From NCBI GenBank assembly GCA_016218045.1, contig JACRFB010000063.1:68226-132225 (forward strand): DNA of 64,000 nucleotides. The letters are read 5' to 3'. Source of the DNA: Ignavibacteriota bacterium (GTDB taxonomy: Bacteria > Bacteroidota > Ignavibacteria > SZUA-365). This document shows, one piece after another, positions 56,702 through 64,000 of the stretch. Position 1 is the stretch's first letter. Every line of letters begins with the position of its first letter. The notes under the pieces are model-generated. The model was not told the DNA's origin and made no database searches. It saw nothing but the letters and a program-made list of their open reading frames with translations. The position numbers and the translations under genes are program-made.

Positions 56702-59700
56702 ATGGCATTGACGGGATCTGTTGGTACCATCTCACACGCACGCAGGCTGTACTGCACAGGTAAAAACAGCACTCACGCAGCGCTGATTGCCATTGTAACC
56801 TGGATGATGTTCCCCGGCGCTGCCGCCGGACAGGATGTGCTGCTTCGCCGCACGAGTCCGGACCCGTACTTCGAGGAGAACCGCGGTCAGATCATGGACG
56901 AACACGGAAAGACGCGCCGCGATGTGCTCTTCGCCCAGCGTGACGGCGGTGCTTCTTTGTACCTGACGCGCGGCGGCTTCGAGTATGTGTTCGCGCGCGT
57001 GGAAAATCCTGATGCACCTGTCAGCGAAGCCACGGGCAGAGCCATGAGTGACCGTGATTCTCACCCGGTGATAACCGCGTACCAACGCGTGGACATGCGC
57101 TTCCGCGATCCATCGCCCTCCGTTCGTGTGCGAGGGATTGAAGAAAAGGACTACCTGCTCCACTATTACACCGTGGGTGCCGGACCGGACGCGGAGACCG
57201 TGCGCACCTTCGCGGGTGTCGTGTACGAGAACGTGTACCGCGGCATCGATCTCGTCCTGCGCGCGGAGCCGCGCGGGATAAAATACCACTGGGTTGTGCA
57301 TCCAGGCGCGTCAGTCGGCGACATCCGTGTATTCTGGTCTGGAGCGGACCGGCTGCAGCAGGAGCCGGATGGGGGACTGCGTGTGATCAGCACACTCGGC
57401 GAACTGTCGGAGGCACCGCCCGTTGCCTGGCAGGACACACCGACGGGACGACGGCCCGTGCAGGTTTCATCTCGTGTGGTTGGAATGGACATACATCTCG
57501 ACTGCGGGGACTACGATGCTGAACGCAAACTCACCGTTGATCCGCGTGTTATCTGGGCGACCTATTACGGTGGTGATCTGATTGATCGAGCGTGCGCGGT
57601 TGATACCGATGCCGATGACAACGTGGTTGTAGTTGGCGAAACAACAAGTCTCGCGGCCATCAGTACACCGGGCACATTTCAGGCAGTTCACGCCGGTGCC
57701 TGGGACGGTTTTATGGCAAAGTTCGACAGTGCCGGGAATCGACTTTGGAGTACCTACGTCGGTGGCGCAGCATCCGATAATCTTGTCAGTGTGTCCTGCG
57801 ATGGAAGTGGCATCATGGCCGCTGGCTCCACAACGAGTGCGGGCATGGCGACGAGTGGTGTACATCAGACAACACTGGGGGGGATCGCCGACATACTGCT
57901 CCTTCGGTTTAGTGCTGCCGGTGTGCGCCTGTGGGCGACCTATTACGGAGGCCCCGGGGCCGAGAGCCCGAGAGCCGTATCGCCGGGAGGCGGCGGGCGG
58001 GTGCTTGTCTCCGCCAGAACAAACAGCGGCTCGGGCATAGAAATCGGTGGGAGCTGGGGTGGCTATTCGGGAGGCACCGACGGCGCTGTGGCGGTTTTCA
58101 ACGCCAGCGGTGCTTTGCTTTGGGGGCGCTACATCGGCGGTCCCGATGAGGATCAATGCCACGGCATCACAACAGACGGTGCGCGCATTTTTGTCGCCGG
58201 TTCCACCCGGAGCACCACGGGGCTCGCAACACCGGGCGCCTTTCTCACAACGCAGCAAGGCGACTGGGACATGTTCCTGGCGTGTGTCGCGTACAACGGG
58301 ACAATCGACTGGGCAACATATTACGGCGGATCCGGGCTCGAATCCGATATAGCCAGTGGCATCCGGTACACAGGCGGCAACCGGATCATCATCGGAGGAA
58401 AAACAACGAGCACCTCCGGTATGACCACAACCGGCGTATTTCAGGAGACGCATCAAGGCGGGAGCGCCGATGGATTTCTCGCCGCCTTCGACAGCGCAGG
58501 GCATCGACACTGGGGTACCTACATCGGGAGCGCAGGGTGGGAAAGCATCACCGGACTCGATGTCGACGCAGAAGGCGCCATCATGATCTTCGGTCAGGCC
58601 ACGGCCACTTCGAGTCTGGCGAACTTCAACAATGTGCATCAGTCCACCCTCGCCACAGATGGACTATTTGTCGGGCGTGTGGAGGGAGAGGGGACGGATC
58701 TGCGCTGGTGTACCTTTTACGGCGGCTCACAGACATGGCCGGAAATGTGGGGTGCCTCGAACGGGTGTGTCGATCTCCGGGGTAATGTGTACGTCTGCGG
58801 GACCACAAACAGCCAGACGCTCATCGCCTACGGCAACCCGCATCAAGGCGCATTTGGCGGCGGATCCAGCGACGGCTGTCTTGCGAAATTTCTTGGAGGG
58901 AAGAATCGCATTGTGACCAGAGACGGTGCGCCTACGTATTGTGAGGGGGATACTCTCATCGTGCACTACGACCTCGCCGGCGTGTATGGTGATCACAATA
59001 TGTTCCATGCGCAGTTGTCGGATTCGACCGGGAACTTCGGTGCGCCAGTCATCATCGGTTCGGTGAAATCATGGATGCAGGATTCCATCATTGCGGTGAT
59101 TCCCGTCGGCACTCCGGGTGGTAGTGCGTACCGCATCCGTGTCGTGTCGACGAATCCCAGACTCGCAGGAACCGAGACGAGGGCCTTCCGTATTGTTCCG
59201 CTCCCTGTTGCCATTGTTGCACCTGCGGGCACCGTGTCGATCTGCGAAGGGCAGAGCTTGATATTACGTGCTGACAGTGCGATGAATTGCACGTACGTGT
59301 GGGAAGAGCAGACACGCGGTATGGAGGGCGTGGGTCCATCGCTACTCGTCACACGCACGGGAAAGTATCGCGTGGTGGTGACGAACACAGGCGGCTGCCG
59401 TGCCTGGTCGCCGTGGACGGAGGTAGTCGCTTCACCGCGTCCGCTCGCGACTATCACACCGTGGGATGTGCAAGGAGTCTGTGAAGGGGACAGCGTCGTT
59501 CTGTCAGGACCCGACAGCACAGGGTACACATTTGAGTGGTCCACCGGCGAAACAACACGTGTGCTCCGGGTGAGCAAGCCGGGACTCTATCGCCTTGTGG
59601 TGCGGAATGCCGCGGGGTGTTCGGACACGTCGGCACCCGTGCGCGTTGTCGTGTATCCGTTGCCGGTGTTGTCGGTGGCGGGGCGCGGGCGTGCCTGTCA

Positions 59701-62700
59701 GTACACTGTGTGGTCGTACCGAGTGACGAAACCCGCCGGGACGTCGCTCGTGTGGACGGCCACGGGCGGGGCGGTGCTGCAGGCACAGGGCGACAGCGCG
59801 GTGGTGCAGTGGACGTTGCCGGGGATGCGCATGGTGCAGGTGACATGCCGTGTGGACTCGAGCGGCTGCACGTCGACGGCAACGCTGCCGGTGCAAGTGG
59901 ATGCATTCGTTCCACCCGCGATCGAGGCGGATCCGAAACACATCTGCCGCGGCAGCGAACTGCGGCTGAAGGTGCAGCGGGGCTACGCGCGTGTTGCATG
60001 GAACACAGGGGCGACGACGGACGAGATCGTTGTCCGCACCCCCGGCATGTACCGCGTGCGTGTGGAGACGTCGGACGGCTGCGCGGGCGAGGACTCGGTG
60101 CGCATCACGGTTGTCGATCCACCCAATGCACAGGCGCCAACCGACACGACGATCTGCGGCGAGTCGGAGGTGCTGCTTACGGGTGATGCACGTGACGGCA
60201 CACCGCCGTACGGCTACCGGTGGATCGGTGAGAATGTGACAGACGAGTACGCGCGCACGACCACGGCCCGTCCGTCAACGGCGGGGATCTATGTGCTGGA
60301 GGTGACGGACGCGAACGGTTGCACGGGGCGCGACACACTGCGTGTGCAGAAGCGTGCGGCGCCGCCGGTGGGGATCCGCGCGCTGGGTGCGCTGCGTTTC
60401 TGTCTGGGCGACAGCGTGACTCTGGAGGCGGATGCGGGCTTTGTGCGTTATGAGTGGAGCGACGGACAGCGGGGCCGTCGCGTCGTGATCCGCCGTGCGG
60501 GCATGTATCATGTGCTTGCCACGGATACGTCGGGCTGCACGGCGCGGTCGGATCCGCTCACGGTGGAGGTGAAGGCGATCGCCGTGAACATCACTGCTCT
60601 GGGCCCGTTGCGTTTCTGCGCGGGCGACAGCGTGGTGTTGCGCGTGGAGGGCGCGCCCGCGCGTGTGCGCTGGAACACGGGCGATAGTACACGATACCTC
60701 GTCGTCCGCAGCACGGGCACGTACTGGGCGCGGGGCTGGGACACGTTCGGCTGCGAGGGGGCCTCGCTGCCGCTGCAGGTGACAGTGAATCCGCTGCCAC
60801 GTGTTGCGATCGGCGGTCCGGCGAGTGTGTGCGCGGGCACAGTTGGCAGGCACTGGCTGCGCGAGGTGCGGGGATTGCGCGTACTCTGGCGCATCGAGAA
60901 CGGGACGCTGCTCACCGGCGAGAATGCGGACACGGTGGACGTGCGCTGGTCCGTCGCGGGGAACGGCCGCCTCGTGCTCACGTGTACGGACACAACAACG
61001 GGCTGCACGGACAGCACGATTGCACCCATCATCATAGGGACCTCGCTCACTCCCGTGATCGTCGGTCCAACGGCCATCTGCGCGGGCGACACGGCGGTGT
61101 TCGACGCGGGGGACGGGTACGCGTTCTACACGTGGCGTAACGAGGCGGACAGCATTGTCGGCACCAGATCACAACTCCGCGTTACAACCGCGGGCCGTTA
61201 CCGCGTGTTTGTGCGTGATGCGGGTACCTGCGAGGGGGATGCCTCGCACAGACTCATCGTTCATCCGAAGCCCGGTGTATCGATCGTCGGAGCCGCCTCG
61301 TTCTGCACGGGCGACAGTGTACTGCTCTCCGCATCGGGAACATTTATCCAGTATGTCTGGCGGAATGAATCGGATACTGTTGTCGGAAATACACCGACGT
61401 ACACCGTTCGGACACCAGGTCTGTACACACTCGCCGTGACAGACGGGAACGGGTGTACAGCCCGCTCCACGCCGCACGCAGTAAGCGAACTCGCACACCC
61501 CGTCGCGGCGATCGCGGGACCTACGAGCGCGTGCAGCGGAACGGTGCAGAGGTATGGAACACCGCCTGGGACGGGCGTCGCATATCGATGGAGCGTGCTG
61601 AATGGCACGACGCTGTCCGCCTCCGATGCGGACACGTTCACCGTGCGCTGGGACGCGCCCGGGACGGGTCGTGTCGTGCTCACTGTCACGAACGCTGCGT
61701 GCAGCGCAAGCGACACACTGGACTTGACGGTGGGATCCTCGCTCACACCTTCCATCGCGGGCAGATCACGTATCTGCGCGGGCGACTCGGCCCTGCTCGA
61801 TGCGGGCGCGGGCTACAGGAGTTACCTGTGGAGATTGCCGAACGGCGACAGCGCAGACACACGGTCGATCCGCATCGCGGCAACGGGTGTGTACACAGTG
61901 ACCGTGTACGACGAGGGCGGGTGTTCAGGATCGGCGCGGCATCTCCTGCGTGTGGATGTGCTCCCCGCACCCGCGATCGCGGGTCCACAGGAGATCTGCG
62001 CGGGCGACACGGCGGTGCTCGATGCCGGTGTGTTCGCAGGTGTGTACACCTGGCGTGACGCAATGGGGACCATGCTCGGCGTGCAGCGCACACTCGCCGT
62101 CACACAGACGGGAGTGTTCACAGTAACAGTCACCGACACGAACAGTTGCACGGGCTCGTCGCCACCGCACGCGCTTCTTGTGCATCCGCGTCCATCAAAA
62201 CCCGTCGTCACCCTCCGCGGCGACACCCTCGCCACCGTGGCGGGATACGCGTACCGCTGGTATCGCAACGACACACTCATCGCGGGCGCCGCATCCGACA
62301 CACACATCGCGGCCTCACCCGGCTGGTATCACGTGTCGATCACCGACACTCACGGCTGCACGAACGAGGCGGATCCCATCGAATACACCGGCGCGGCGCG
62401 TGTGGCCACGGCGCACATCATCCTTCCATTCCTCGAGGCAGCTCCCGGCGAGCGCGTCGAGATCCCGGTCGTGATCGCCGCCTCCACGCACCTCGATGCG
62501 GCGGACGTGCGCTCGTTCCGTGCCACACTGCGCTACCACGCCGGCGTGCTCGCACCGATGGGTTCCACGCCGCCAGGTGTGTTATCCGGTGCCGAACGTC
62601 TCATCCCGTTCACGGCCGATACCGCGTCCCGTCCGCTGTCGCCCGGGCCCGTGTGGCCGCCGGTGGCGACACTCGTGTTCCGCGCGACACTCGGATCCGT

Positions 62701-63091
62701 GTCACAGACGCCGCTGACACTTGAGGACATGAACTTCGGCGCGACCGACGTCCGCGTGACGGTGCAGCCGGGCGGCTTCCGGCTCCTCGTGTGCAGAGAG
62801 GGAGGGGAGCGGTTGTTCTCGGACAGCGGGCGGCTTTCTATCGGACAGAACAGTCCGAATCCATTCAACGCGCAGACGACGATCGAGTACGAGACCATCG
62901 AGAACGGTCCGGTGTTCCTCGCCGTGTACGATCTGCTCGGCCGCGAGACCGCCGTGCTTGTCGACGCGCCGCTTGTGCCCGGCCGGCGCCGCGTACTCTT
63001 CGACGCGCAGGCCCTTCCCTCCGGACAGTACATCGCCGTGCTCCGCAGCGGCAGCGGTGTGCGCACGATGCGGATGGTTGTTGCGAAGTGA
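56702..63091 (+). CDS. Giant (2129 aa) T9SS-secreted surface protein: N-terminal SBBP-type beta-propeller repeats + about 14 tandem Ig-like two-Cys repeats + Por_Secre_tail C-terminal domain
   Basis: YYGG...D.A..VD.D.DNVVVVGET.S...... repeats (SBBP, PF06739-like). About 80-aa repeats with a conserved C.GDS..L.A......Y.W......G.Y.V.VTD.NGC..S pattern. C-terminus GQNSPNPFNAQTTIEYE...GQYIAVLRSG...MRMVVAK. Confidence 0.7.
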   Translation: MALTGSVGTISHARRLYCTGKNSTHAALIAIVTWMMFPGAAAGQDVLLRRTSPDPYFEENRGQIMDEHGKTRRDVLFAQRDGGASLYLTRGGFEYVFARVENPDAPVSEATGRAMSDRDSHPVITAYQRVDMRFRDPSPSVRVRGIEEKDYLLHYYTVGAGPDAETVRTFAGVVYENVYRGIDLVLRAEPRGIKYHWVVHPGASVGDIRVFWSGADRLQQEPDGGLRVISTLGELSEAPPVAWQDTPTGRRPVQVSSRVVGMDIHLDCGDYDAERKLTVDPRVIWATYYGGDLIDRACAVDTDADDNVVVVGETTSLAAISTPGTFQAVHAGAWDGFMAKFDSAGNRLWSTYVGGAASDNLVSVSCDGSGIMAAGSTTSAGMATSGVHQTTLGGIADILLLRFSAAGVRLWATYYGGPGAESPRAVSPGGGGRVLVSARTNSGSGIEIGGSWGGYSGGTDGAVAVFNASGALLWGRYIGGPDEDQCHGITTDGARIFVAGSTRSTTGLATPGAFLTTQQGDWDMFLACVAYNGTIDWATYYGGSGLESDIASGIRYTGGNRIIIGGKTTSTSGMTTTGVFQETHQGGSADGFLAAFDSAGHRHWGTYIGSAGWESITGLDVDAEGAIMIFGQATATSSLANFNNVHQSTLATDGLFVGRVEGEGTDLRWCTFYGGSQTWPEMWGASNGCVDLRGNVYVCGTTNSQTLIAYGNPHQGAFGGGSSDGCLAKFLGGKNRIVTRDGAPTYCEGDTLIVHYDLAGVYGDHNMFHAQLSDSTGNFGAPVIIGSVKSWMQDSIIAVIPVGTPGGSAYRIRVVSTNPRLAGTETRAFRIVPLPVAIVAPAGTVSICEGQSLILRADSAMNCTYVWEEQTRGMEGVGPSLLVTRTGKYRVVVTNTGGCRAWSPWTEVVASPRPLATITPWDVQGVCEGDSVVLSGPDSTGYTFEWSTGETTRVLRVSKPGLYRLVVRNAAGCSDTSAPVRVVVYPLPVLSVAGRGRACQYTVWSYRVTKPAGTSLVWTATGGAVLQAQGDSAVVQWTLPGMRMVQVTCRVDSSGCTSTATLPVQVDAFVPPAIEADPKHICRGSELRLKVQRGYARVAWNTGATTDEIVVRTPGMYRVRVETSDGCAGEDSVRITVVDPPNAQAPTDTTICGESEVLLTGDARDGTPPYGYRWIGENVTDEYARTTTARPSTAGIYVLEVTDANGCTGRDTLRVQKRAAPPVGIRALGALRFCLGDSVTLEADAGFVRYEWSDGQRGRRVVIRRAGMYHVLATDTSGCTARSDPLTVEVKAIAVNITALGPLRFCAGDSVVLRVEGAPARVRWNTGDSTRYLVVRSTGTYWARGWDTFGCEGASLPLQVTVNPLPRVAIGGPASVCAGTVGRHWLREVRGLRVLWRIENGTLLTGENADTVDVRWSVAGNGRLVLTCTDTTTGCTDSTIAPIIIGTSLTPVIVGPTAICAGDTAVFDAGDGYAFYTWRNEADSIVGTRSQLRVTTAGRYRVFVRDAGTCEGDASHRLIVHPKPGVSIVGAASFCTGDSVLLSASGTFIQYVWRNESDTVVGNTPTYTVRTPGLYTLAVTDGNGCTARSTPHAVSELAHPVAAIAGPTSACSGTVQRYGTPPGTGVAYRWSVLNGTTLSASDADTFTVRWDAPGTGRVVLTVTNAACSASDTLDLTVGSSLTPSIAGRSRICAGDSALLDAGAGYRSYLWRLPNGDSADTRSIRIAATGVYTVTVYDEGGCSGSARHLLRVDVLPAPAIAGPQEICAGDTAVLDAGVFAGVYTWRDAMGTMLGVQRTLAVTQTGVFTVTVTDTNSCTGSSPPHALLVHPRPSKPVVTLRGDTLATVAGYAYRWYRNDTLIAGAASDTHIAASPGWYHVSITDTHGCTNEADPIEYTGAARVATAHIILPFLEAAPGERVEIPVVIAASTHLDAADVRSFRATLRYHAGVLAPMGSTPPGVLSGAERLIPFTADTASRPLSPGPVWPPVATLVFRATLGSVSQTPLTLEDMNFGATDVRVTVQPGGFRLLVCREGGERLFSDSGRLSIGQNSPNPFNAQTTIEYETIENGPVFLAVYDLLGRETAVLVDAPLVPGRRRVLFDAQALPSGQYIAVLRSGSGVRTMRMVVAK

Positions 63092-63108
63092 GGCGCGGGG
63101 AACGGCTT

Positions 63109-63212
63109 GACGATTGGACGATCAGATGATTAGACGATCAGACGATTGGACGATCAGACGATTAGACGATCAGACGATTGGACGATCAGACGATTGGACG
63201 ATCAGACCATCC
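63109..63212. repeat. Tandem 8-bp microsatellite (GACGATYR)x12, with a 16/32-bp higher-order periodicity
   Basis: gacgattg gacgatca gatgatta gacgatca gacgattg gacgatca gacgatta gacgatca gacgattg gacgatca gacgattg gacgatca, then a decaying copy gaccatcc. Confidence 0.85.
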
Positions 63213-63376
63213 GCTTCCTCCGGCGATCCAAGCCGCGTATGCGCGATGCGCGAGAAAACTCCGACAGGGCGACCGGCGGTCGCCCGACACCGCCGCGAAC
63301 CACGCATGCAACACCGCACAAAACAGATCAGTCACCCACGTCCGGAACGGGAGAGGGCCGGGGTGAGGGTGCGCGT

Positions 63377-63505
63377 CCCGCTCTCCCGTCGCGCTTCGAC
63401 TCCGCTCAGCGAGACACTATTTCGTTGTTCCGCTCCCGCTGTCCCGTCGCGCTTCGACAAGCTCAGCGAGACACAGGGTCGTGGTCCCGCTGTCCCGCTG
63501 TCCCG
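63377..63505. repeat. C-rich repeat block: two about 42-bp direct repeats plus (CCCGCTGT)n, inverse-complementary to the 56461-56580 G-rich block
   Basis: cccgtcgcgcttcgac-NN-gctcagcgagacac occurs twice. ctcccgctgtcccg at 63434-63447 is the exact reverse complement of 56539-56552. cccgctgtcccgctgtcccg at 63486-63505. Confidence 0.6.
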
Positions 63506-63531
63506 AGTTCCCGCTACACATCCGAACGAAA

Positions 63532-64000
63532 TCACTGCACGATGAATCGACGCAGGTAGCGCTCAGGTCGGTCACCATCAGGAAGGTCGATGGTGATGAG
63601 GAAGAGGCCCGGCGTGAGGTGATGGGTGGATAAATTGTGGAGACGGTGCTCGCCAGGCTCGAACTCGAGGTGGTTCTGTTGCATCACACGACCAAGCACG
63701 TCGGTCACGGTCACGAGCGCACGACACGCGTGCTGCGACGCGGGCAGGTACACGGGCAGAACACCATCACCGCCGTTTGCGTGCAGGGGATTCGGATAGA
63801 CGGATCCGATACTCAGACCTTCGGGTGTGACGGCATCGACGGACGTTGCCACATTGTATCCGCTTCCTGTCAGCGCGATAGAGACAACCGGCGTCAATTG
63901 ATCAAGCGTCAGGCGCAGGTAGGCCTGGCGCATGCCGTTATTGCGGGGAACAAAGGTGACAGGCACAATAATCGAATCGCCCGGCCGTAGTGTGACAGGC
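63532..64000 (-). CDS. C-terminal end (T9SS sorting domain) of a second secreted protein, convergent to the giant gene; 5' part outside window
   Basis: Open frame continues to the window edge. SVYPNPLHANGG...ALVTVTDVLGRVM...PGLFLITIDLP... is Por_Secre_tail-like. Confidence 0.5.
   Translation of the reverse strand, partial: PVTLRPGDSIIVPVTFVPRNNGMRQAYLRLTLDQLTPVVSIALTGSGYNVATSVDAVTPEGLSIGSVYPNPLHANGGDGVLPVYLPASQHACRALVTVTDVLGRVMQQNHLEFEPGEHRLHNLSTHHLTPGLFLITIDLPDGDRPERYLRRFIVQ

Noticed and set aside
63109-63212. Possible CRISPR array
   Set aside because: Units are 8 bp with no spacers, far below CRISPR repeat and spacer sizes. No cas genes in the window.
56461-63510. Inverted repeats flanking the giant gene, considered as a transposon or invertible element
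   Set aside because: No transposase, integrase or invertase gene lies between or beside them, and the blocks are low-complexity. Kept as a finding, but not called a mobile element.
63114-63559. Three overlapping ORFs translating as MDDQTIRRSDDWTIRR...
   Set aside because: They are reading-frame artefacts of the 8-bp tandem repeat and adjacent low-complexity DNA. No RBS, and the peptides are periodic.

Overview
High-GC (~65%), very gene-dense bacterial chromosomal segment. Two T9SS-type C-terminal sorting domains, a sigma-54 activator, a futalosine-type MqnA-like gene and many ATGA/GTGA start-stop overlaps suggest an FCB-group (Bacteroidota/Rhodothermota-like) genome, but the taxon cannot be fixed from sequence alone. 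About half of the window is a conserved housekeeping backbone, all on the + strand: ptsI (5' partial), pgi, a SIS-type PGI/PMI, ribH, cmk-ispH, rpsA, mtaB, ffh, rpsP-rimM-trmD-rplS, recN, cysS, rlmD, fbp. Accessory content: a TetR-TolC-HlyD-2x ABC ATPase-2x ABC-2 permease efflux operon; an NfeD-SPFH pair; an ECF sigma with a large anti-sigma candidate; an archaemetzincin; a sortilin/BNR protein; an S9 peptidase. Three loci stand out. (1) A sigma-54-dependent two-component system whose kinase has a periplasmic domain with c-type heme-binding motifs (CXXCH and CX4CH). It sits next to an operon of a membrane-anchored GcvH-like protein, a Tat-less NrfC-like 4Fe-4S protein, an NrfD/PsrC-like membrane subunit and a second GcvH-like protein with an N-terminal Cys cluster. 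No catalytic (molybdopterin or hydrogenase) subunit is present, and a candidate -24/-12 promoter lies upstream. (2) A 952-aa fusion of a Glu-zincin peptidase, a TolB-type beta-propeller and an Omp85-like C-terminus, followed by a BamB-like lipoprotein and a PEGA protein. (3) A 2129-aa T9SS-secreted SBBP-propeller plus about 14 Ig-like repeat adhesin. It is flanked by inverted G-rich/C-rich low-complexity repeats and is followed by a 12-copy 8-bp microsatellite and a convergent second T9SS cargo gene. No tRNA/rRNA genes, CRISPR arrays, transposases or phage genes were recognised. All start coordinates that differ from the ORF track were re-derived by hand from the sequence and are approximate to within one alternative start codon.
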